Below, piece after piece: positions 38,414 through 48,865 of a DNA stretch of 64,000 nt. The stretch comes from an uncultured virus (IMG/VR IMGVR_UViG_3300007961_000315) (taxonomy: Duplodnaviria; Heunggongvirae; Uroviricota; Caudoviricetes): IMG/VR virus record IMGVR_UViG_3300007961_000315, one strand, 5' to 3'. Position numbers and translations under genes: made by a program. Position 1 is the stretch's first letter. Each line of letters begins with the position of its first letter. The notes below the pieces were generated by a model that ran no database searches, was not told the DNA's origin, and saw only the letters and a program-made list of their open reading frames with translations.

Positions 38414-41400
38414 ATGCAATCCAGTATGAACACAGCTCCTTTGGACGAATTGCAGAATCAGGCAGGCAGCAATATGGAAGCGTCTGCCGCTCAAATCAAA
38501 GAGTGGAAAGAGCTGCAAACAATTGTTGAAAGCAGTTCTTGCGGTGTATATAAGGCTGCTCTGCTGGAAGGCGTCCCTATCCTCTACGCAAACGATGGGT
38601 ACTATGCAATCCACGACTATACCAGGCAGCAGTTTGAAGAGGAGCTTGGAAACCGGGGGGCTTCTCTGATTCTGCCGCAGGATATCCAGCGGATTGCCCA
38701 AGCGATTGAAAACAGCCTCAAATGCAGAGATTCCAAATTGGTTCTGGAATATCGAATTCGTCGGAGGGACGGCGCCGTTGCATGGGTGCACAGCGAGATC
38801 AACTTTTTTAGCGGCACGGACGGTGAACAGCAGATCGCGGGACTGGTTTTTGATATCACCGAGCGGAAAGAGCTGGAACTGCGCCTCCGGCGTACCTCCA
38901 CGCTCTACCATATAGCGCAGAAGCATAGCCGGCTCAACATGTGGGAGCTGGATATTAAGAACCGGCGTATCATCCAGACAGAGGGATCAAAAGCTCTTCA
39001 CGGGTATGGAGATGTAGTGGAAAATGTGCCGGATTCACTGCTCGCATCCGGCTATTTTCACCCGGATACAGTTGCTGAGGTTCAGGGACTGTTCGACCGA
39101 ATCTACAGCGGCAGGAAACAGTCGTCCGCCACCTACAAAGTGAAGAAAAAGGATTCTGACACCGAATACTGGTGGGAAAAGGTCACCTATGAGCTGGTGC
39201 CGGACGAAGACGGAAATGCCGCTTATGCCATCGGTGTTTCGGAGGATGTAACTGAACAGAAGGAAACGGAGCTTCAGAGGAGCAGGGATGTGCTTCTGAA
39301 CCAGATGGTGTATGAAGATGTGCTTTTCTCTATACAGGCAGATCTGACAGAGGATACTGTACTGAGCAGCTGGTTTTCTGAACGGGCCTTGGGTTTTGAA
39401 AAAGCGGAGAACTTCAGCGCCAATGATCTTTTTCAATATATTTTGACCGCAATGGCCAATCCGGATGACGCCAAGCGGTTCAAGGAGCAGTTTTCTGAAA
39501 AGCCGCTCCAAACATACATACAAAACGATTTGGATATCCCTTCGTTTGAGTGCCGTCAGCAGACGGCGGATGGGCACATTGTTTGGGTGCGGCTCATTTC
39601 GAGAATTAACACCTCGGCGGAGAACGGCCATCGGATACTCACCCTGTATGCCCGGGATATTTCAAAGCAAATTCAGGGGGAACAGCGACTGCAGCAAAAG
39701 GCGGAACGGGATGAGGAATCCGGCCTGTATAATTTCCCCACCGGCAGACTGCTCATTCAAAATATCCTGAGAAGCAGGGCGGTCAGCAACCAAAACAGTA
39801 CCTTGGCGCTGATGAAGCTTGACGGACTTTCTTCAGTGCAGGGACAAACCGCGAAAAAAGAGCTGATGCTCAGCATCACTGCACAGGTTAGGGCATGGCT
39901 TCCTTCCTCCTGTATCATTGCCAGAGATAGCGAGGATACATTTCTTTTGTTCTGCTACGGTATGCGGTCTACGGCAGAACGCATCGCTGTTGTGGAACGG
40001 ATCATCAAGGAGGCCACGCATCCAGAACACCATCTTCCGGATGGCGTCACGCTGCAGACGTTTGCCGGCATAATCAACCAAATCGAAGCGGAGGCGGAAT
40101 TCGATCAGATTTATCATGCCGCTTTCAATTTGTTGATGCAGGCTTGGAAAAACGGCGAGCCCTGCGTGGTGTCGGATGAAGAGAACGTTTCTGAGACGTC
40201 TGCGGAGCAGCAAGGCTGGAGTATTGAAAAATTTGTTGAGCAGAGCTGGAAAGATTTTGAGCGTGGAACGTCCCCGGATGAAATTGCACGGATTGCATTC
40301 GGATATCTTGGGACAGAAAGCCATGCCCGTCGGATCACTTCGTTTCTCCGTCTGCCGGGCAGCCGGCAGCTGCAAAAGCAGTTGGAATGGCGCTCCCATA
40401 AAAACGGCGGCTCCCTGCCGGATTTGGATTCTGCAAAAATGGGCGAGCTGTTTCTATCCATTCCGGAATCTAAAAATGTTGTTACCATCAGGCCTGATTC
40501 CGGGCGACTTTATGATTGCTTCAGTAAATGCTGCCAGACAGCGCCGGTTTGTCCTGCGATAGTCTGCAGCAGCAGGGCAAATGGCATTCTCACCTTTTGT
40601 ATCCTGATGGAAGGCACCAATCAAACGCCGCCGGTTCAGGAGATGGAGTCTATTGTTTCCTTCCTGCGTCGGATTTACTTTGTCAATGAGCTGCATATCC
40701 ATTACAAATATGCAGCGCTGCGTGACCCTGTTACCTCGCTGTTTAACTTTGAGGGGTATCTGAAACGCCTGCAGGATTTGCAGGAGGATACCCTTTCCAG
40801 TCTGGGAATGGTATCGGTATATATCCTTAATTTCAAGGAGTACAACCGGCAGTACAGCAGCCGTCAGGGAGATGCCATGCTCCAGAGCGTTGCTCAAATT
40901 ATGGAGGATATATTTGGCGCCAATGCCTGTTACAGGATCAGCGGTGCAACTTTCCTTGCCATCTGCCCTGATGTTACATATGAAACGTTCATGGGACTTT
41001 ACCACAAGCTGGAAAGCAGGATGGAACTGGCGCATCGCAGTCGTATCGCCTGCGCCAGTGTGTGGGAGCAAAACGCCATCTCCCTTGACGTTATGAAAGA
41101 GCAGCTGGACGAGCGGATCCAGGTTGCGGCCAACCGGCTGCGTTTGGAAAATAAGACTGCGGCGGAGCGCTTTGCCCACATTGCATATGAACAGGTCAAA
41201 GAAAAAATAGGGAAAGGAAACTTTGTTGCCTTTTTACAGCCAAAGGCGTCTGCCTCTACAGGGAAGGTCTGCGGTGCGGAAGCACTCATCCGCTATCAGG
41301 ATGAGGAGAGGGGCATCCTGCCGCCGGGAGAATTTCTGAAGGCAATAGAAGCTGCCGGTGCGATCCGGGAAATCGATCTGTTTATGCTGGAGAGTGTGTG

Positions 41401-41992
41401 CAGGACGATGCGGCAGTGGCTGGACGCAGGCTGGAAGGGTTTCCCCATCTCGTTAAACTACTCCCGTTCCACCCTTCTGGAACCGGATATTTTGGAAGAA
41501 ACCAACCGCATTGTGGAACGCTATCGCATTCCGAAAGAGCTGATTGAAATTGAGATCACCGAGACCATCTCCTCCGTAGACAGCATGGGTCTGAAGGATA
41601 TCGTCCGCAGGCTCGCGCAGTCCGGATACCGGCTGGCCATCGATGATTTCGGTGCGGATTACAGCAACATCTATGTACTGTATCTGCTGGATATCCACAC
41701 TCTCAAGTTCGACCGGAAGATCATCAACGATATCTATCATAATGATCGGGCGCGCGCAGTGGTCCAAAACCTCCTGAATCTGTGCCGACAGATGAACATT
41801 GTGTCAGTAGCAGAAGGGGTTCAGTCTCAAGAGCAGCTGGAGACGCTGCGGGAGATGTCCTGCGACCTGATTCAGGGCTATTTTATCAACAAGCCTATAC
41901 CGATGGACGAATTCCAACGGCTGTATATTCAGGTGGTTCAGGGAGCAGATCTGCACGCTGATCATATGGTGGACGGTGTTTCTCTGATCTAA
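38414..41992 (+). CDS. PAS-repeat, degenerate GGDEF x2, EAL phosphodiesterase
   Basis: PAS/PAC (EYRIRRRDG..WV..DITERK), DSEDTF and ISGATF degenerate GGDEF sites, EALIR, DDFG, VAEGV, QGYF. Confidence 0.85.
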   Translation: MQSSMNTAPLDELQNQAGSNMEASAAQIKEWKELQTIVESSSCGVYKAALLEGVPILYANDGYYAIHDYTRQQFEEELGNRGASLILPQDIQRIAQAIENSLKCRDSKLVLEYRIRRRDGAVAWVHSEINFFSGTDGEQQIAGLVFDITERKELELRLRRTSTLYHIAQKHSRLNMWELDIKNRRIIQTEGSKALHGYGDVVENVPDSLLASGYFHPDTVAEVQGLFDRIYSGRKQSSATYKVKKKDSDTEYWWEKVTYELVPDEDGNAAYAIGVSEDVTEQKETELQRSRDVLLNQMVYEDVLFSIQADLTEDTVLSSWFSERALGFEKAENFSANDLFQYILTAMANPDDAKRFKEQFSEKPLQTYIQNDLDIPSFECRQQTADGHIVWVRLISRINTSAENGHRILTLYARDISKQIQGEQRLQQKAERDEESGLYNFPTGRLLIQNILRSRAVSNQNSTLALMKLDGLSSVQGQTAKKELMLSITAQVRAWLPSSCIIARDSEDTFLLFCYGMRSTAERIAVVERIIKEATHPEHHLPDGVTLQTFAGIINQIEAEAEFDQIYHAAFNLLMQAWKNGEPCVVSDEENVSETSAEQQGWSIEKFVEQSWKDFERGTSPDEIARIAFGYLGTESHARRITSFLRLPGSRQLQKQLEWRSHKNGGSLPDLDSAKMGELFLSIPESKNVVTIRPDSGRLYDCFSKCCQTAPVCPAIVCSSRANGILTFCILMEGTNQTPPVQEMESIVSFLRRIYFVNELHIHYKYAALRDPVTSLFNFEGYLKRLQDLQEDTLSSLGMVSVYILNFKEYNRQYSSRQGDAMLQSVAQIMEDIFGANACYRISGATFLAICPDVTYETFMGLYHKLESRMELAHRSRIACASVWEQNAISLDVMKEQLDERIQVAANRLRLENKTAAERFAHIAYEQVKEKIGKGNFVAFLQPKASASTGKVCGAEALIRYQDEERGILPPGEFLKAIEAAGAIREIDLFMLESVCRTMRQWLDAGWKGFPISLNYSRSTLLEPDILEETNRIVERYRIPKELIEIEITETISSVDSMGLKDIVRRLAQSGYRLAIDDFGADYSNIYVLYLLDIHTLKFDRKIINDIYHNDRARAVVQNLLNLCRQMNIVSVAEGVQSQEQLETLREMSCDLIQGYFINKPIPMDEFQRLYIQVVQGADLHADHMVDGVSLI

Positions 41993-42012
41993 CCGAAGAG
42001 AGGATTGAGTTT

Positions 42013-43290
42013 ATGTTTGGTCATCAGTTGTTTATGAAGGAAGCAGGGAAGATTGCCGCCAGATATGCCGGAGAACACAGAGTATTTCTCTTCTATGCGG
42101 ATATTGCTGAGTTCCGACTCATTAACTACTTTTATGGCACGAAACAGGGAGATGAGTTGCTTCTTGCAGTGGAAGGATATCTAAGTCAAATCCCGCAAGT
42201 TCAGCTATATGAAAGGATATTTTCTGACTATTTCGCGTTTGTAGTTGTTACCGATGCGCCACGGTCGGACGACGCGCTGATTGAAACGTATCAGCGCTAT
42301 GCCGATACGTTTATCGCTGCTCAAAAGGAGAAGTATCCAGCCGGCAATCTGAAGATTTACTGCGGTATCTGCCCACTGGGAGAGAACAATCTTTCGGAAA
42401 CATTAGACCACGCCAACATTGCTCGCAAACAAGCACGAGAAAGTGTTGTGCGTACCGTTGTTGTTTTTAACCGCCAGATGCAGAAGAATCTTCAAACAAA
42501 TATTGAACTGGAAAAGGAAGTGAACACCTGTCTTTGGGAGAAACGGTTCACCTTTGTTTTACAGCCGAAGGTCAATATGCTCACCGGTGAGATCGTCGGC
42601 GCTGAAGCGCTAGCCCGCCGGGTTACGCCAGAAGGTGAAATCATTTATCCCGATTTTTTTCTGTCAATCATGGAACGTAACGGTTCCATTGTGGATATGG
42701 ACTATCTGATTTTGGAGCATGTCTGTGTCCACATGGCGGAGCGGTTGCGCAGAGGGTTGCCGGTGGTTCCCACATCGGTGAATCTTTCCCTACTGCATGT
42801 CTTAGATGAGTCCACCGCCTTTCGTATCCATGAGATTGTGCAACAATATAAGGTGCCGGCCAGGCTATTAGAGTTCGAACTTACCGAGACTATTTTCACC
42901 GAAGAATTGGCAGGAGCTAAGCGGTTAGTGGAGCGTCTGCGAAATTTGCATTACTCTGTGGCTATTGACGATTTTGGTTCGGGCTATGCAGGCATTACCC
43001 TTTGGCAGGAACTGGACTTTAACGTCCTCAAGTTGGACAGGCGATTTCTATCGGAGGAGGAACCTCTGTGTACCCGAAATCAAGCCATTGTTCCAAATAT
43101 TGTGAACATCGCCTGGAAGTTGGACAACACCGTTATCTGTGAAGGCATCGAAACCTATGAGCAGTGCCAGTATATGCTGAATATGGGGTGTACGATTGCG
43201 CAGGGCTTTTATTTTTCGCGAGCAGTGCCTGCGGAAGAATTTTATCAGAAATACCAAGAAGTGTCTGGGTATTTCCCCATTTTTCGTTAG
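42013..43290 (+). CDS. Degenerate GGDEF + EAL phosphodiesterase
   Basis: IFSDYF site; LQPK, EALAR, DDFGSGY, CEGIET, QGFY. Confidence 0.85.
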   Translation: MFGHQLFMKEAGKIAARYAGEHRVFLFYADIAEFRLINYFYGTKQGDELLLAVEGYLSQIPQVQLYERIFSDYFAFVVVTDAPRSDDALIETYQRYADTFIAAQKEKYPAGNLKIYCGICPLGENNLSETLDHANIARKQARESVVRTVVVFNRQMQKNLQTNIELEKEVNTCLWEKRFTFVLQPKVNMLTGEIVGAEALARRVTPEGEIIYPDFFLSIMERNGSIVDMDYLILEHVCVHMAERLRRGLPVVPTSVNLSLLHVLDESTAFRIHEIVQQYKVPARLLEFELTETIFTEELAGAKRLVERLRNLHYSVAIDDFGSGYAGITLWQELDFNVLKLDRRFLSEEEPLCTRNQAIVPNIVNIAWKLDNTVICEGIETYEQCQYMLNMGCTIAQGFYFSRAVPAEEFYQKYQEVSGYFPIFR

Positions 43291-43301
43291 GAGTGTTTTT
43301 T

Positions 43302-44192
43302 GTGGAAGAGATGTACTTAACCATTATCAACCATATCCATGACGGGGTCTACTATGTGGACAGGGATCGCAAAATCCTCTTTTGGAACAAAGCAGCTGAG
43401 AGAATCACCGGATACTCCGTCGAAGAAATCGTTGGGGTACGATGCCCGGAGACTCACCTGGATCACATCGATGAAGAAGGGCGGCCGATGTGTGAGATCG
43501 GATGCCCTTTGTTCGCCGCCATTGGTGATGGAGAAGAACGGCAGGCCCATGTGCTGGTTCGTCACAAGGAGGGCTACCGTATCCCAATTTTGGTCAATGT
43601 GTACCCGGTAAAAAAAGATGGGGAGATTGTCGGCGCTCTTGATATCTTCACGCTGGAGTCCCCCACCGTTTACGAGGATACCGTGGTGGAACATCTCTCT
43701 GGAATCGCCATGCACGACCCGATCACCGGACTTCCCAATCGTAGATACCTAGAGAGCTTTTTGACTTATAAGTACGATGAGTACAAGAGGTTTGGCCGTC
43801 TGTTTGCGGTGCTGTTTGGGGACATTGACAATTTCAGAAATTTCAATAACAATTTTGGACATGAGCTCGGTGACCAGGTGCTGCGCAACATTGCGGCCAG
43901 TATCCAGAAAAATATGCGCCGGGACGATCTGGTCGGCCGGTGGGGCGGTGAAGAATTCGTGGGTATTTACAGCGTTTCATCTCCGGATGATATCCATATT
44001 ATCGGCAATAAGTTCTGGAAGCTTATTCAGAGCACAGAAGTTTCTCATGAAGAGGAGTTTTTAAACGTTTCTATGTCGGTCGGAATTACTACCATCCAGC
44101 AGGAAGATACGGTCGATTCTATTCTGTCCCGGGCAGACCGACTGATGTATCAGGCAAAAAAAGCAGGTAAGGACCAGGTGATGTTCGGATAA
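43302..44192 (+). CDS. PAS-GGDEF diguanylate cyclase
   Basis: WNKAAERITGY PAS with Cys cluster; DIDNF, RRDD I-site, RWGGEEF. Confidence 0.9.
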   Translation: MEEMYLTIINHIHDGVYYVDRDRKILFWNKAAERITGYSVEEIVGVRCPETHLDHIDEEGRPMCEIGCPLFAAIGDGEERQAHVLVRHKEGYRIPILVNVYPVKKDGEIVGALDIFTLESPTVYEDTVVEHLSGIAMHDPITGLPNRRYLESFLTYKYDEYKRFGRLFAVLFGDIDNFRNFNNNFGHELGDQVLRNIAASIQKNMRRDDLVGRWGGEEFVGIYSVSSPDDIHIIGNKFWKLIQSTEVSHEEEFLNVSMSVGITTIQQEDTVDSILSRADRLMYQAKKAGKDQVMFG

Positions 44193-44325
44193 ACCAGTGA
44201 GGGAACAGGGACAGGAATACATTGATATGTGAAAGCAAGAAGAAATTTATCAAAGAGTGTTCCTCTTTAAAAAGTGACAGAAGTGTTCCGGATTTTTGAT
44301 TTGCAGAACACAGGGGATAAGAAAA

Positions 44326-44422
44326 TTGACAAAAAAGGGGCTGTTTTGGTAAAATATATGCGTAAAAAATTGTGTGAAAGCAGGAACTGGGGGCTTGACA
44401 AATGGGCTTAATTGTGCATAAT
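44326..44422 (+). promoter_or_regulatory. Tandem promoters upstream of surface protein 2
   Basis: TTGACA(44326)-18-TAAAAT; TTGACA(44395)-16-CATAAT; homologous to 26310-26406. Confidence 0.6.
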
Positions 44423-44488
44423 TTCACTGGGCACTGGGCACTGGGCACTGGGCACTGGGCACTGGGCACTGGGCACTGGGCAGGTTAA
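44402..44488 (+). CDS. Putative leader peptide MGLIVHNF(TGHWALG)2TGHWAG
   Basis: ATG after GGGGG; TAA in the terminator loop; same frame outcome as locus 1. Confidence 0.5.
   Translation: MGLIVHNFTGHWALGTGHWALGTGHWAG
44427..44482 (+). repeat. Heptamer SSR (CTGGGCA)8
   Basis: 56 bp perfect tandem repeat. Confidence 0.97.
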
Positions 44489-44592
44489 GTCTGCCCTTTT
44501 TTGCGTTCAACAGTTGTATAACAAATTAAAAAAAGGCGTGTTCTGTTCGCAGTATTTTTACTGCGGGCGGGACGCGCCTTCCTGCGTTTTTC
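44478..44592 (+). terminator. Leader hairpins 1 and 2 of locus 2
   Basis: GGGCAG-GTTAAGT-CTGCCC-T6; AAGGCGTGTTCTGTTCGCAGTA..TACTGCGGGCGGGACGCGCCTT. Confidence 0.65.
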
Positions 44593-44635
44593 CCCAAACC
44601 ACATAGCAAACCAAGAACCAAAAGGAGTGGCCGAA

Positions 44636-47600
44636 ATGAAACAAATTAGAATGAAAGCGTTGTCGCTGGTGATGGCGGCGGCTCTTTGCATGACCCAGCT
44701 GCCGGTGACGGCGCTGGCTGTAATTGCAGAAGATAAGCAGCTTACCTGCACGCAGGAGGAGCATGCCCATAACGAGAGTTGCTATGAAAACGTCCTTACC
44801 TGCACGGAGCAAACCGGAGAGCATGAGCATGAGGAAAGCTGCTATGAAGGAAAACTGACCTGTGAAAAAGAAGAGCACGCCCATGGGGAGGACTGCTATT
44901 CTGCCGTTCCAGACTCGGGGCCTGAAGGCGAAAAGGACAAAGCTGAGTGCAGCTGCGGCAGCACGGGCGATACCCATGCCGAAAACTGCCCGTTATACGC
45001 TTCGCCTGAAGGCGAAAAGGAGTGTACCTGTGGCAGCACTGACAACACCCACGCCGAGGACTGCGAACTTTACCAAGCGCCTGACGAGCCTGTCTGCTCA
45101 CAGTTGGAGGGCTGCGGCGATAATACCCACGACGAAAACTGCCCGTTATACACCGCGCCTGAAGGTGAAAAGCAACTGACCGAGGCGGCAAAAGAGGTAC
45201 AGGAGCAGATAGATGCTCTGCCCGCTGTTTTGGATGCCGAAAGCTTTACCGATGAGCAAAAAGAAAGCGCACTGGCAGATGCCAAAAGCGCAAAAGCGGC
45301 TTACGATGCCCTGAGCGATGATGAAAAGAATACCGTAACAGGGATAGAAAGCCTGAATGCCCTCCTCGCACTTTTAGAGGGGAAAAACGTTGATAATACG
45401 AAAGCCAAATACATAATCACCGCATGGAAATGGGTGGATGAGGAAGAAATGCTTGACCCCGAAACCGGTGTGCTGGCACTTCCCGGTGCATCGCAGCAAT
45501 ATGTTGTATCCTTTGAGGATATCACGGCATTTCTCCACGCATCTATAACCGCTGCCGTTGCTGCGGCAGACGGTGAAGACGCCGAAGAAACAGAGGATAC
45601 CGAAGAAACGGTTGCTCTGGGCGGTTGGATATGCGAGGATTACCCGCAGGATGGCGCATACAGCGGCAGCTATACCTTTAACGCCACCCTGCCGGATGGC
45701 TATGCCCTTGCGGAGAATGCAAAAGCGCTTACCGTATCGGTGGAGCTGGGCGGTGCGCAGCTTTTTGATGAAAAAACAATTTCCAGCTACACCGTCTACG
45801 TGGCCGGTCAGGCACTGACCGTCACAAATGTCGGCGGCAGCTGGAACACCGCCTACGCCACCACCAACAGTGCTGGTGAGGTCGACCCGGTCACGGACAG
45901 CACTGTCCCGACGGACAACTACGTCAAATTTGAGGTCGTGGACGGTACCCCCACCTTGACCCTGAAGGATGCCAATATTGTGAACAACGACAACTCGGAG
46001 TATGCCACTGTTTATGGCATTTACTTTGCCAAGGAGACTCCCTTGACGATCAACGGCGCGGGCGACAACACCATCGCCGCCAGCGCCGGAGAAGATACAC
46101 GGGCGTTTGGCATCCGTGCCGGTGGCCCTCTGACCCTGACGGGAAACTTTAAGAGCATCACCGCAACAGCTACCAACGCCACCGGCATTGAGGCGCAGAC
46201 GGTAACCATTGACGAGGGCTGCGAGATCGGCAAGATCACTGCAGACGAAAATCAAGGACATGGCATTTTAGCTGGCAATGGGTCGGTGACCATCAAGGGC
46301 ACTCTGGGAGAAGTCACCGCCGGAAGGTATACAGTAAATACATCGAATCTGACGATTGCGGGTACGGCTGAATTTACCAACACCGGTTTGATCGAAATCA
46401 GTGGTGCCGCAGAGTTAAATGTGAACTCCGGGGCTACATTTATCAACACCGGCACGATCAAAACCGGAGCGACGTACTCCATCAATAACAATGGCAGTAT
46501 CACCAACACCGGCACCATGACGCTGGGGACGAACCTTACCGGCAGCTCCGTCGAAATCACGAATGACGGCGGCAGCTTTACCAATGCCGGCACAATCGAG
46601 TTTGGGAGCGGGAGCACTGTCACCGTCACAAATAAGAATAACGGCACCTTTATCAACAACGGCACGCTGAAGGTCGACTGCCAGAACAAAAATACAATTA
46701 CTATAGACGGCTGCACAGTGGAGCGCATCCACAATTGGTCAAACGGCACTTGTACGAACTGCAGGGAAGAACACGTCCACGCGGAAAACGATTGTACTTA
46801 CGAGCTCGGAGCTGCGCAGAACATCCTCAATGCGACCTGCGGCGTTTGCAAAGGCACGGCCACCATCACGCTGACGGCCCCCAATGATTTGATCTATGAC
46901 GGAAATCCCAAGACCGTCACCGTGACCCAATCCCCCGAAAGGGCGTTTACCAACCTGCCCGCTGTGCAGTACCCCAGCGGTAACACCGACGCAGGAAACC
47001 GCACAGCAACCTTGAACTGCGGCGGACAGGCCGCAGAAGTGAAGTTTACCATTCGCCCCTGTGAAGTCAAGGGCGCGGCCGTGACCGTCAGTGGCAGCTA
47101 TAGCTACACGGGCAGCGCCATTGTTCCCGAAGCAGGCAATGTGAGCGTTACGCTGGACGGCAAGACCTTTGCCAGCGGCACGGACTATGCCTACACCGCC
47201 AGCAGCAATGTGGACGCAGGCCCAGCCACCGTGACCGTGACCTTTAAGGGGAACTACTCCGGCACCGCAGAGGGCAGCTTCACCATCGGCAAGGCCGCTC
47301 AACCCCTGAGCTTTGCGGAATCCACGCTGAACAAGACCTACGGCGACAGCGCCTTTACGCCGACAATCAACCATGTTGGCGACGGCGCTGTGACCTATAC
47401 CAGCAGCAATCCGGATGTGGCCGGCGTGGACATTGACGGCAAGGTGACGATCAAGAACGCCGGAACCACCAAGCTGACCATCAGCGCCGCGGGCACGGAC
47501 AACTACAACGCCAGCACGGAAGCCGGCTGTACGCTGACGGTGAACAAGAAGCCCGTTACCGTCTGCCTTGCGAATATGGGCGTGACCGTGGGCAGCACCG

Positions 47601-48805
47601 CCCCCACCGTAGCCCTGACCTACCAGGGCTTGGTCAGCGGCGATACGGTGGACTTTACCCCCGCGTTCACCCTGACCGACAAGGACGGCAACCCCCTCAA
47701 GGGCGCAGACGGAGCGGAGCTAACCTTTGCCGACGCGCTGACCAAGGCGGTGAGCAAGGTGGGCAGCTATACCATCAAATGGGATAACGCCGAGGAACTC
47801 ACAGCCCTTAACGAAACGGGCAACTATACCTTCACCGTGGCCGAGGGCAGCGACATCGCCACCCTCACCGTCAAGAGAAAATCCTATAGCGGCGGCGGAG
47901 ACTCTGACGACTCCGATTCCGACAGCAGCTATTCGGGCGGCTCGGCAGGCACGGGCAGCAGTTCTGTATCCACGCCCACTGCACCTCAGACCCCCGCAGA
48001 GCAGCCGAGCACCGTTTCTCCGCAGGGATATGCCCCGGCAGGCGAAATCAGGCCCTCGGCAGAGCTGCCGTTCATTCAAGGGGAAAACGGCAAGGCCGGC
48101 TGGGCGGCAATCGTAGATGAACTGACCGATAAGGCGGCGCTGCCGGAGCATACCACTGTTACCGTGGATATGAACGGCGCTGTAACCGTTCCCGGAAATG
48201 TTTTGGAGCAGATAAAGGGGAAGGATATTACCGTCGTCTTTGATATGGGCAATGGAATTACATGGTCGGTAAACGGCAGGGATGTTACCGCCGATAAAAT
48301 CGGGGATATCAACTTCAATGTCCGCGCGGGCGAAGATGCGGATAAAATTCCGGTTGATGTGATAAACAAGGTGACGGGAGAACGCTATTCCATCCAGATC
48401 AGCCTTGATTACAGCGGCGAATTCGGCTTTGCCGCAATCCTCACCATCGATTTGGGTAAGAATAACGCGGGCCTGTTTGCAAACCTGTTCTACTATAACG
48501 AAACCACCGGCGAAATGGAGTTTATCTGTGCCGATGAGATTGCTAAGGACGGAACCGCAAGCCTCACCTTTACACACGCCTCCAGCTACACCATCGTGAT
48601 CGATGATGCGCCGATGGATGGAAGTGTGGAGGAAGCTGCCGGCAGCAGTGCCGGTGAGCAGGACGGCACAAAGACTGAAGATCCGGCCGTGCCGGCTGAA
48701 GCAAAAGCAACATCCGGCAAGCCGATTTTGGTCGTCATCGCGGCTGTCGTGATTGCGGCAGGGCTTGGAGCATTTCTCCTGATCAGGAAAAAGAAAAAGG
48801 AATAG
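44636..48805 (+). CDS. Surface protein 2: signal peptide, His/Cys repeats, beta-helix-like region, Ig/MBG-like repeats, C-terminal TM anchor
   Basis: Signal peptide almost identical to surface protein 1; TC..EEH.H.E.CY repeats; N.GT repeats; YTGSAI..DAG.ATVTV..KGNYSG; TM plus RKKKKE tail. Confidence 0.85.
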   Translation: MKQIRMKALSLVMAAALCMTQLPVTALAVIAEDKQLTCTQEEHAHNESCYENVLTCTEQTGEHEHEESCYEGKLTCEKEEHAHGEDCYSAVPDSGPEGEKDKAECSCGSTGDTHAENCPLYASPEGEKECTCGSTDNTHAEDCELYQAPDEPVCSQLEGCGDNTHDENCPLYTAPEGEKQLTEAAKEVQEQIDALPAVLDAESFTDEQKESALADAKSAKAAYDALSDDEKNTVTGIESLNALLALLEGKNVDNTKAKYIITAWKWVDEEEMLDPETGVLALPGASQQYVVSFEDITAFLHASITAAVAAADGEDAEETEDTEETVALGGWICEDYPQDGAYSGSYTFNATLPDGYALAENAKALTVSVELGGAQLFDEKTISSYTVYVAGQALTVTNVGGSWNTAYATTNSAGEVDPVTDSTVPTDNYVKFEVVDGTPTLTLKDANIVNNDNSEYATVYGIYFAKETPLTINGAGDNTIAASAGEDTRAFGIRAGGPLTLTGNFKSITATATNATGIEAQTVTIDEGCEIGKITADENQGHGILAGNGSVTIKGTLGEVTAGRYTVNTSNLTIAGTAEFTNTGLIEISGAAELNVNSGATFINTGTIKTGATYSINNNGSITNTGTMTLGTNLTGSSVEITNDGGSFTNAGTIEFGSGSTVTVTNKNNGTFINNGTLKVDCQNKNTITIDGCTVERIHNWSNGTCTNCREEHVHAENDCTYELGAAQNILNATCGVCKGTATITLTAPNDLIYDGNPKTVTVTQSPERAFTNLPAVQYPSGNTDAGNRTATLNCGGQAAEVKFTIRPCEVKGAAVTVSGSYSYTGSAIVPEAGNVSVTLDGKTFASGTDYAYTASSNVDAGPATVTVTFKGNYSGTAEGSFTIGKAAQPLSFAESTLNKTYGDSAFTPTINHVGDGAVTYTSSNPDVAGVDIDGKVTIKNAGTTKLTISAAGTDNYNASTEAGCTLTVNKKPVTVCLANMGVTVGSTAPTVALTYQGLVSGDTVDFTPAFTLTDKDGNPLKGADGAELTFADALTKAVSKVGSYTIKWDNAEELTALNETGNYTFTVAEGSDIATLTVKRKSYSGGGDSDDSDSDSSYSGGSAGTGSSSVSTPTAPQTPAEQPSTVSPQGYAPAGEIRPSAELPFIQGENGKAGWAAIVDELTDKAALPEHTTVTVDMNGAVTVPGNVLEQIKGKDITVVFDMGNGITWSVNGRDVTADKIGDINFNVRAGEDADKIPVDVINKVTGERYSIQISLDYSGEFGFAAILTIDLGKNNAGLFANLFYYNETTGEMEFICADEIAKDGTASLTFTHASSYTIVIDDAPMDGSVEEAAGSSAGEQDGTKTEDPAVPAEAKATSGKPILVVIAAVVIAAGLGAFLLIRKKKKE

Positions 48806-48821
48806 CCAGAATAGACTTCGA

Positions 48822-48865
48822 AAACAGAGCAGCGGCAGCCCAATATAGGCTGCCGCTGTTCTGTT
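48822..48865 (+). terminator. Hairpin terminator after surface protein 2
   Basis: AACAGAGCAGCGGCAGCC-CAATATA-GGCTGCCGCTGTTCTGTT. Confidence 0.7.
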
